From Marsupella aquatica (lineage: Eukaryota; Plantae; Marchantiophyta), in contig OZ316898.1 of NCBI GenBank assembly GCA_973895155.1, forward strand, positions 12,923,659 to 12,987,658: DNA of 64,000 nt, read 5' to 3'. The translations under genes and the position numbers were made by a program. The notes under the pieces were generated by a model. The model saw only the letters and a list, made by a program, of their open reading frames with translations. It did no database searches and was not told the origin of the DNA. Shown one piece after another: positions 40,541 to 50,769 of this stretch (the stretch's first letter is position 1; every line of letters starts with the position of its first letter).

Positions 40541-41428
40541 TTTTGGAAAGAGGAACACTATTTATTTCCAGGCTTTCACATTCAGTTCCCCCTAAAACGC
40601 CATCTATCAAGGTATAAAATTCAGATTTTCCCCAAATCACTGTATCTCCCTAGAATAGGACTTCTTAACCAATTTCAACAATTTAGAGGGTTATCACACT
40701 ATGAATCAAAGTTGCACCTCCTTACCCAAAAGATGTTTTCATACATAGAATCTCAAATAGTATCTTTGGTATGGAGCACATTGTTTGACAGACAACTCAG
40801 ATCGACCATTTTTAGCCATAACTATAATCTCAAATAGTATCTTTCCTTTGGATACATGATAACTCCTTTGGCTGTGAAAGAGCTGCTCGGTCCATCGGAC
40901 TTGCCAGCTCAAAGATTTGACCCATCCGTGTATCACCTCCGGGGCTGTAATGCACATTACCTCAACAATAGGGCCTTTAGAAAAATTCCATTTCATGGCC
41001 CTCGTTTACTCAGGAATTCTGCATGACCCTCCTGTGGGGGTTCACTCAAGGACTTTGCGAGGTTTTCAGTTAGTAGCTTCAGTGCCTTAGGCAGGTGTTG
41101 GGGACTATGCCTTTCTATTTTATGGTCTTCCTGAGAATTATCCTTTGTGTTGTCCCATCTCCTGCTTTTCAGATCTTTCTACCAAAATTGTGTTTGTTGT
41201 TCTTTGGTAGAGCATATCTTTACCTGATGATTCTAAATGGGGAAGATTGGTGGCTACAGGTATGAGTGTGTCCGTGCCACCTCCTGTCATCAGTCTATCA
41301 ACTCTGTGGGTGGAAAATCCTGGCTCTAGTCATAATCATTTCTTATCGTCAGTCTGAAGTCTGTATGGACGAACAGCAGCTGTGGCATCCTGTCTGCAGT
41401 CAGTACCACATTCTGTGTAGGTCTTCTG

Positions 41429-41637
41429 TGTTGTAAAACACTTGCTCGTAAGTCACTTAGCAGATTAAGCTTTTCTCTTAGCTTAACCTGCGCCTCCATT
41501 CTTACTTCCGGCCGCTCTCTTCCCTACTGTCGATCCTAGGTTACTACCTTTCCTCCATTGATTCCCCTTTCCCTAATTCCTACTTATAGTGAGTCCTGCG
41601 CTCAGTCCTATGTAGCAATAGATTAGTGTTACCAACA
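41429..41637 (+). repeat. 5' LTR of copia element 2
   Basis: 209-bp direct repeat, immediately followed by the Met PBS. Confidence 0.95.
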
Positions 41638-41958
41638 TGGTATCAGAGCCATGCTCTGATTAGTGTCCTCAGATCAGCGACCTCAGGTATCATGCGTGTT
41701 CAGGTAGAAAGTTCCCTGACACTTAGTACCAGCAGCATTCTAGATTTACTCGCTGTGTACTCAGGTTGAAAGTTCCCTGACTAACACGAGCACTGCTTAG
41801 AACATTCCTTGCTTGATTAGAGCAACTACTGACATTCATAAGATTAGATTTGACTCGATCGACTCATTGCTTTGCTCAGGTTGAAAGGTTCCCTGACACA
41901 TCACTATTCTGCATTTTTTACCATTCTTCTCATTCGTGAATCAATCATTTTTTTTACC

Positions 41959-44900
41959 ATGGAACTACTGAGGATATTCTTCGACACCGATAAGCTAGAT
42001 GGCACCAGTAACCACATGGCCTGGACCATTGTGGTTAAGAACCTTCTGAAAAAGGAAGACGTGTTTCATGAACTCAACTTCAACGCCAAGCTTGACGCCA
42101 ACGGCAACTTCATAGATGGCGGAGCCCATCTGACCGCCAAGGAGAAACAGAAGAAGAAGGACAAAGCTGTCGCCATCCTTGCATCTATAGTGAAGTCCAA
42201 ATTTCTGTCCACAGTGGACAAGTTCTCCGACGATCCAGCCAAGTGTTGGGAGCATTTTCATCAACGCTTTGGTGGAGATCTACTACAACGCCAGATGTTC
42301 CTGATGCAAAAGCTTCAGACTACACACATGGTCGAGGGGAGCTCTGTGGAACTCTACATCAACCGGATCAACAAGATGGCCGGACAGCTTTCCAGCATCA
42401 ACGCCGAAGTGGACGAAACACGTCTCATGCATATCGTACTACAAGGCCTTCCGCTCAGCTGGAATGCATTTGTTTCTATTTTCAGTGCTGATCTCTCTCG
42501 TACTCCTAAACCAAATTTTTCTAACCTTCTTGAACGTTTGCAATCTGATGAATACTGGAGGAAGGCCAAACAGGCTCAGGCTGAGTCTCACGAAGAAGCT
42601 ATGGCTGTTACACGTTCATTCACTCGCAGCCGGGGACGACCTTTTCATCGCCCGGATTCTTATCCACCTCGCAACAACTTCCGCAACCCTCCGCCTCAAT
42701 CTCAATCTCGGCCCAATCCTGCTCTCTCAGCTGGACGTGGGCGGCGAATCGGCACCTGCAACTACTATGGAAAGACCGGTCACTGGGAACCAGAATGTGA
42801 TCTAAAAAAACCAGATTCTCAAATCGCTGATCTTCAACTCAAAGCTGCTGGGATACGCAGGTACCAACCTCAAGCCAACAGTGTTGAGACCTCTCCTGAC
42901 TACTACGATGGATCTGAGGACACCACAGAAGTCTACAACAACAATGAGCACGGTGAGTATTTTGAAGCAAACTACTCTGAGCTTGACACAACTAGCCATA
43001 GTCCTAGTGAGTGGATACTCGACTCCGGCGCAAGCACTCACGTTACAGGAGACAATTCTGTCTTCCGCACTATCAACGCCGGCTCTCACTCCAAATCAGT
43101 GACTACTGCTAGCGGTACTCGGCTGCCTGTAGCTGGACATGGTACCATTTCTATTGATCGCAATAAAGAGATCAACAAAGTTTTGTACGTGCCTGGTCTT
43201 CAACGAAATCTTCTCTCCATTGGGTCCCTCACCGACGCAGGCCATCTCATTCTTTTCAATTCAAAATCCTGCTTTGTTTTTGACAAGGACAATCCATCTA
43301 ACATCTTCCTCAGAGGAGCTCGCGATCCTCGCAACCGCCTCTACAAACTGCGTCAACCACTGCCGTTAGTTGCTTCACACTCATGTCATTCCGGCTTACT
43401 TCAGCAGTCCCCTATTTTGCTCACAGAAGTCTCTCACACCGACACTGTCGACCTCTGGCATCGTCGCCTCAATCACGTGAATTACCAGATGGTACATCAC
43501 ATGTCCATGGGGTCCTTAGTCACTGGGATACCACCCCTTCCTCGGGTAAAACGGGTTTGTGACACCTGTGTTCTAGGCAAACACCATCGGGACAAAGCTC
43601 CCAAATATTCTCGCTCTCGATCTTCTCGACCTCTGGAACTCATTCACTCTGACCTCTGCGGACCAGTTCATGGGCCCGGTCCCACCAAGTATATTCTCAC
43701 TCTTATCGATGATTTTTCACGCTTGGGTTTACTTCCTCGCTTACAAAAGTGATACGTTCGCAAAATTCAAGGACTTCAAGATTCTTGTTGAAAACCAATT
43801 CAACCACAAAGTTGGCTGTCTTCGCTCAAATCGCGATGGGGAATACATGTCTACAGAATTTCTATCCTTTTGCAGGCTCCACGGCATTCGACGTCAACTA
43901 ACCGTTGCTGACTCTCCACACCAAAATGGCATTGCAGAATGCAAAAACCGCACCCTACTTGAAGCTGCCCGGACCATACTAATTGATTCTGGTTTTCCAC
44001 TGTCTCTCTGGACTGAAAGTATCCGTGCAGCTAATTACGTCCAAAATCGATCCGGCACACGCGCCCTTCATCAGACTACTCCATTTCAGGCTCTACATGG
44101 CTCCAAGCCCGACCTCAGCCACCTCCGTGTTCTTGGTTCAACTGCATACGTTCTTATACCGGCCTCTCATCAGACCAAGCTCGGCATCAAAGCCATCCGC
44201 ACCACCCTTCTCGGCTATGACGATCAATCTAAGGCCTATCGTTGTTTTGATGCTACACGCCAACGCATTCTCATATCCAAAGATGTTACATTCGACGAGA
44301 ATATCATGGGCATTCACGTCACCAATCCTACTGCCGCCCAACTAGTATTTCAATCTCTCCTCACTAATGATATTCCTGCAGCTTCGATCGCTCCAGCAAT
44401 TCTTGCTCCAGAGGGGGAACCAGTGCCCGATCAAGCACCTGATCAAGAGCCTCCAGTTCCAAAAGAGGAGCTTGTCTGCGAACCTCTGGAACCAGTATGT
44501 GAACCAATTACGCCTGGGCCACTTGTTATTAATCCTGTCCCACCAACACCTCAACCAGCGCTACGACACTCTCTTCGGACCCGACAACCACCACCTTGGC
44601 ACAACGACTACAAAATGAGCAGCAATCTTGTCGAGGCAACTAGATCCGAATGTGGAAATCTATCTGTCAAAGAGGCTCTCAAACACCCAAGATGGAAGAA
44701 GGCCATGGAAGATGAAATCAAATCTCTCCTTGACATGGGCACCTGGGAGCTAGTCTACCTCCCTGCTGGACGACGCGCCCTCACAGCAAAATGGGTCTTT
44801 CGTGTCAAGCCCGACTCAACCAGATTTCAATTGAAAGCTAGGCTCGTTGCACGTGGTTTTGAACAAAAGTTTGGCATCGACTACAATGAAACCTTCGCCC

Positions 44901-46261
44901 CTGTAGTCAAATGGTCCACTCTGCGTGCTGTCATCGCCCTCGCCGTAGCCAACGGATGGGAGCTACACCATATGGACGTCATCATTGCTTTCCTCAATGG
45001 CACCCTCACAGAAGAACTCTACATGCAGCAACCTCAAGGTTTTGAGACTCCTGGAAAGGAAACAATGGTCTGCCGCCTACGACGATCACTCTATGGTCTC
45101 AAACAATCTCCCCGGGCCTGGTACAGTGAAATCGACTCTCACCTTCGAGTAACTGGATGGACCCATAGCACTGCAGATCCGAATCTCTACTTCTATCACT
45201 CTGATGGGGCGCTCCTTATTCTCATGCTCTATGTTGACGATCTCCTCATCACCGACAGCGATTCTGGCAAAATTGCTGACATCAAATCCCATCTCCAACA
45301 CAAGTACCAGATGAAGGACCTCGGCTTGGCCCAGAAATATCTTGGCATTGAGTTCCTCCGAACACCTACTGGCCTCATTTTACACCAAGCTACCTACTGC
45401 CAGGAGCTCATCAACGAATTTGCCGTCAACACATCAACGTCAATTCCACTCCCTGAAGGCCACATCCTCACAACTGATACTAACACCCCGCCATTCGACA
45501 CAAGTGCTTATTGCCATGCTGTTGGCAAACTTATTTTTTAAACTCATACTCGACCTGACATCTCCTACGCCGTCGGCATCGTCAGCCGCTACATGAGCAC
45601 TCCACAACAACGACACTGGGATTCTGTTCAAAACATTCTCAAGTACCTACACGGCACTTCTGACTATGGGATTACTTTTGTCAATACATCTACGACCTCC
45701 CTTCAAGGATTCACCGACGCTGATTTTCTTGGATGCCCGGAAACTCGTCGCTCCCGTGGTGCTTATTTGATTCAACTAGCGAATGGTCCCATCTCATGGT
45801 CCAACAAGCTTCAAAGTACCGTCTCTGACAGCACCACTGAGGCAGAATACAAGGCACTTTCCGAAGGGGCTAAGGAAGCTGTCCATATTCGCAGACTACT
45901 TGCCGAACTTGATCCTCACTCCAAACTTACCGTTCCTCTCACTTCTTCAAACTCATCCATTCATCACAATCTCTCCCATGCACACATTCCTACCTCTGCT
46001 GACATCCACTTACACTGTGACAACCAGGGATCTATCAAGCTCGCCAACAATCCCGTTTTCCATGCACGCACCAAACACATCGAAGGCAAACACCATTTCA
46101 TCCACGAAAGGGTGCTAGAGGGGGAAATCTCATTATCTTACATCAACACAAATGAAAATCCCGCCGACATCTTCACCAAGCCTCTCTCAAAACTCAAGTT
46201 TGAGAAACATTGCAATTTTATTGGAGTGAAATCTATTTCAGGAGCACAGAAACACTCCTGA
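41959..46261 (+). pseudogene. gag-pol polyprotein of copia element 2 (one frameshift, one premature stop)
   Basis: ATG 41959; gag (VLQGLPLSW), knuckle CNYYGKTGHWEPEC, protease WILDSGASTH, integrase LWHRRLNH / HSDLCGP / LIDDFSR. Frameshift near 43720 (resumes WVYFL). RT KARLVARG, SLYGLKQSPRAW, LYVDDL. TAA at 45539-45541 in LIF*THTRPD. RNase H FTDADF, STTEAEY, CDNQG, KHIEGKHHF, ADIFTKPL, stop at 46261. Confidence 0.96.
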
Positions 46262-46275
46262 AAAACACCTTCTTT

Positions 46276-46740
46276 CTACATTCCATATTTCGACAAGAAA
46301 TACTCTGCCTCCCGCAATGTACAAAAACTCTGATGACAATTCCCTGAATAACCATTGACCTCCTTACTTGCTTCTGCCCAATTTAGGTAGATTCCTGGCC
46401 TACGCCCGACTGCCACTGCATAATAACAACGTCTATACAGCATCGGCATTCTATCAGCCTGACCTTCTTGGGAGACCTAAGCTTCAGAGGGGGCACTCGG
46501 CTCATGCACTTTAGCTCTCCTCAATGACACTAACATTTGGCTCTCCTGCTGCTCACCAATCGGCACCTGAGGATCCTTCCTCTCCTCCTCTGTCTTCGGC
46601 ATTCTGATCAGCTCCTCGACATCCTGCAAACGAATCCATCGGGAGACTCCCCTACATCCCTTTGACAGCAATTGCAGCAATCGCGCCACCACTTCCAAAA
46701 CACCACATATACTCACCACTAGCACATGACGGAACGACAT
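46276..46740 (-). pseudogene. Antisense accessory ORF of copia element 2 ending in an RNase H1 hybrid-binding (Cauli_VI / viroplasmin) domain; 155 codons with one internal TAG
   Basis: Manual translation: MSFRHVLVVSICGVLEVVARLLQLL...EPSAPSEA*VSQEGQADRMPMLYRRCYYAVAVGRRPGIYLNWAEASKEVNGYSGNCHQSFCTLREAEYFLSKYGM*. Matches the YYAVxxGRxPGIYxxWxExxxxVxGYxGxxxxxFxTxxEAxxF signature. The ATG at 46449 gives an intact 57-aa ORF, below the ORF-track cutoff. Confidence 0.85.
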
Positions 46741-46829
46741 TCTTGCCTTTCCTTCCTCTCTCTTCTCCTAAGTTATTTTGTGGACATCACCGTCCTCCTT
46801 TCTCTCCCCAAAACTTACTCGAGAGGGGG

Positions 46830-47038
46830 TGTTGTAAAACACTTGCTCGTAAGTCACTTAGGAGATTAAGCTTTTCTCTTAGCTTAACCTGCGCCTCCAT
46901 TCTTACTTCCGGCCGCTCTCTTCCCTACTGTCGATCCTAGGTTACTACCTTTCCTCCGTTGATTCCCCTTTCCCTAATTCCTACTTATAGTGAGTCCTGC
47001 GCTCAGTCCTATGTAGCAATAGATTAGTGTTACCAACA
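46830..47038 (+). repeat. 3' LTR of copia element 2
   Basis: 209-bp direct repeat, preceded by the PPT and followed by the TSD. Confidence 0.95.
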
Positions 47039-47722
47039 TTCTGCAGCAAAGTTAGTACATGTAATGAACTCTTGGACCCATCTTTTGCTTATTAATCATT
47101 CTGCAGATTTTTTTCTCTTTCTCTGTCGGTGTTCTGTCTGCTGCAGTTGACGCCAACAAATTTTCTACAATCTTGTTGGAAACAGTTCTGAGACCTCTTC
47201 TTAGTTTTCGTTAGTTTGGTCCTTGATCAAGTGTACTTGCACGCACCGCAAGTCCTTGACAATCTTGTTGAAAACAGCTTGGAGACTTCTTAACTTTTAT
47301 TTATTTACTCCTCCGCCAAATTGTACGTGTATTGTCTGCCTTCGAGATCTTCAATTTCATTCTCTTGATTTCTTCATGGGTTAAGGAGGACTGACTTTCC
47401 TAGCTTGCCTTTAAATTGGTATTGATTAAAAGTCCCGTGTATGCTTGTAATGCGAATTAGTGGCCCATTTGCTAACATACTCAACTGTATTCCGATTGTT
47501 TTCATTGACGATCGAACCTATACTCAAGTCTTAGATTCTAAAGCGGGCTTGGTTCGAGTTGGATGCATCTTTGTTGAAGAAATGTCATAGGAAGAAAATT
47601 TTGTTTCGCAGCATCATGCATATTCATGCATGTAGTTTGTTACCGAGGTCTATGAGGTGGAGATTCTGTTTATTGTTGTGTGATTCGATATTTCTAAATT
47701 TCTGTGCAGTTACATATTTCAA

Positions 47723-48833
47723 ATGGATTCTCAAGACAACTTTTCTTTGTGGGGGGAACTACTTCCAGTGATCCCCAATGACGTTGTTTTGGACGAGATT
47801 GCCACAAAACTGTCAGGGACAGATGTTTCTCGCATGTCTTCACTAAGTAAATGTTGGTAACAAGTAATTCAAGGTCCAGTTGTCTATGATGCCAGAGTTT
47901 GCTGCCATTCAACAGAGACTTTACTAGCGCTCAGGAGTTTTGTTGGAAGTTCTGAAAAATTTGAAGAAATTTCTCTTTACTCCCCCAGAGAAAAAACTCT
48001 GTACCGACTTCCTCCAATTCCAGATCTTCCCAAGCTGTTCAAATTAATTGCACTCGATGGGAAATTATATGCAGTAGGAGGAATCGGCACTTGTGGAGCG
48101 CGTTACCAAAATGTGTATGTGTTGGATCTGGCTGGACAAAGGCAGTGGAAGAAGTGTGCAAGCATGCTAAAACCAAGAGTTTACTTTGGGTGTGGTGTCT
48201 TGTGTGGAAAGATTTATATTTGTGGTGGTTGGAATATGCATGGAATCACGGTGGAAAATATGCGTGGAGCAGAGGTGTATGATCCGAAGGTGAACGCCTG
48301 GTTTCGCTTAAAAGCCATGATATCAGGGCAAGTGTTACCTAAGGTTTCATATGTGGGCGAGGAGCTCTTTGTGCAAGGTGGGATGCGAGGAGGATTTTGG
48401 GCTGGCATCCTCATTGGCAGGCGTATCATCCACTCAGGGATCAGTGGAGCATGCTGGAACCATTAGGATGGGTCCTCGGGACAGAATCACAGAAAGAGTG
48501 TTCATGGGGCAAGGAAAGTTCTATTCAATGAGCTCAGATGGCATTCATGTCCACAATACTGAACAGAATTTAAGGGCACATCGGTGTGCAATAGCATGTG
48601 ATGGACTTGGACCCATAGACTCTATTAGGATTGAGCCACATTACATTCTTCTTGTGGATAATGAACTGTTAGCAATGGTGTAGTGGACGAGGGCAGACAA
48701 TGGAACAGGAGGAAGGTCTCCTTCAAAGCCTGGGATTCCATACCAACAAAGGAAAGGTTGTGTGGTCAAAAGCACCCCACCCTTTCACACTTGTAAGCAA
48801 GTTGGATTTTTCAATGTGTACTGTTAGGCTTTG
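47723..48833 (+). pseudogene. F-box/kelch-repeat protein pseudogene
   Basis: ATG 47723; F-box LLPVIPNDVVLDEIATKL...SSLSKCW*(47858-47860). Kelch repeats LPPIP..ALDGKLYAVGG, VYVLDLAGQRQWKKCASM, GKIYICGG, AEVYDPKVNAW. Frameshift near 48.4 kb, further stop at 48681, probable original end CTVRL* at 48833. Confidence 0.85.
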
Positions 48834-49106
48834 AAGAGACACATGACTCCGAAGTATAGGTATAGTACTCGACAACAAACCAATGATATGTCACAATGAT
48901 ATGCTGCAATTTTCCAATGTCACAATGATATTCTACTAGTGAGCAAATCTCTGATGGGGAATTGAACCCCAAAGTGCAGGTGCAGCCTTTCAAATAGAGA
49001 CCCCCCCTAAACTACCCACTATTCCTACACCCAGCCCCCCATTCCAATGCTCCCATCCACTCCAAGCACACAAATAAAAAATTGAAAGAGAACTGAAAAA
49101 ACTTAC

Positions 49107-50399
49107 CAATTCCTTTGAAAGGGCTCCTTAGCAGACCCATCCACTCTGATGTGTCCTAGGAGATCTGGGCTCAGTCTTCACCCTTAAAAGAGATTTCTTA
49201 TTAAGGTAGTTTTTCCTTTTTTCCATTCACTGGATGGCCCTTGTCCTCGAAAACAGCAACGGGAAGTACTTGCTCATCATCAGAGGACAACAATACCACC
49301 TCTGCCACATCTTCCATCTTTACATCTTCTCCTTCCCCTTTCTCACACCTACAACATTCTTCTTCTCCAACAAGTTAATAGTTTCAAGATAATCATGTTT
49401 TGAAATCCTTTGCCTATCCTTCAAAGGTACATACTCACCAAGGGGATCACCAAATGTTACTCTTGTGTCAGGAATGATAGACTCTGTGAAAATGTCATCA
49501 AAACAAACTCTTCTATCACATTCTGTCTTCACTTTCAACCTCTTCGAAGAGCTCCTTTGGGGCGAGAGCTCTGTCTCTGTACTCCTAGGGGTCAATTCTT
49601 GGTCGTCTACAAGTTCAAAATCACTATGATATCTTCCCAAACTACGAGTCCTAGGTTTTCTGACAAAAACTTCTTCAATCTCACATTTAGTCACATTACA
49701 AGGATTAACAATGCATTTCCAAAGACATGTCATTTGCAATTTTTCCATGTTCAATCCATTCAATGGTATTATCCAACTAGAAGCAAGTATAAAACTACCA
49801 GATTTAACCATTTCAGTCAATGTAGAGACAAAAGTAGCATGCAAATTAAGGTCTTTAAGTTCTATATTTATACCAAACATACATTCTCTTTGTAATATTT
49901 TTGTTAGTCAATGTCACTCTAGATTTTAGATCTGCACGTGGAGTTGTTTCCTTGCAATCACATCTTCATAAGAGATATTAAACATTGCATGTTGGAAGTG
50001 AGCCATGCCCATGTCTTTCAAACATTAACCAATCATTACTTTGAAAGTGTGCAACTGCCTATTAGTAAGATTTTTACACATAACTTTCCCTGCAAGATTC
50101 ATATTATTCACCCCCTACTACCCTATTTATTTTTGTACAAGCACACCAAATGATCTAGCAGATTTTGTTTTGGCCTCCACAACCATTTGCATGTGCAAAT
50201 GACTCTCTAGTTCTCCTCTCTGTAATGCTACAAGCCCGGATATGCAATGGTCTCTTATCAATCCATTCATAAGATTCAGCTCTTCAACATGAACATCTGC
50301 ACCAAGGTACACTACCGTAATGCTCAGTTCCATGACATTGTCCATCAAAGAGACGTCATTCTCTTGCACAACACGAGCTTTACGGTTCAAAGAAGCCAT
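49107..50399 (-). mobile_element. Decayed Replitron transposase (HUH/Y1 Rep endonuclease plus C-terminal domain)
   Basis: Translation through stops: LSITVVYLGADV...HCISGLVALQRGELESHLHMQMVV...K*IG*...VMCKNLTNRQLHTFKVMIG*CLKDMGMAHF...NIS, then (after frameshifts) ADLKSRVTLTNKNI and EMVKSGSFILASSWII...LWKCIVNP...EIEEVF. HUH motif HLH at 50201-50193; the catalytic-Tyr position (GYCLKD) is TAA at 50027-50025. Termini not identified. Confidence 0.8.
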
Positions 50400-50769
50400 G
50401 TAAGATAGACACACAGCTCATGAGAAGTTGCACAAATACAGTCACAAAACTCAAACAAAAACACAGCATAGATATCGTCAGCCTTCACAATAAGATACAC
50501 CTTCCCTAAGTTAGACTCAACAACAACTTCATCCTTCCGTGTCTACTCTATTTGTTCTAGTATTTTAAATGGACCTGCCAAAACTCTCTCTTTTCCTTGG
50601 CGACAAACTACCAACAGAACTTGACGTCTCTAACACAATGAGAGGTTGTTGCCTCAATGTTCTTTAAAATAAAATTACCAACGTCCGATGTTGTGTAAGG
50701 CAGAATATCAGAGTCATCCTCTGGGAGTTGTGACTCGACAAAGAACATTAGAGCTATAAACTGAGCCAA

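Larger units (their letters stand above)
41429..47038 (+). mobile_element. Ty1/copia LTR retrotransposon 2, full-length, young, with an antisense accessory ORF
   Basis: 209-bp TG..CA LTRs at 41429-41637 and 46830-47038 (2 mismatches). TSD TTCTG (41424-41428 / 47039-47043). PBS TGGTATCAGAGCC at 41638-41650; PPT GAGAGGGGG at 46821-46829. Order gag-PR-IN-RT-RH. Confidence 0.98.
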
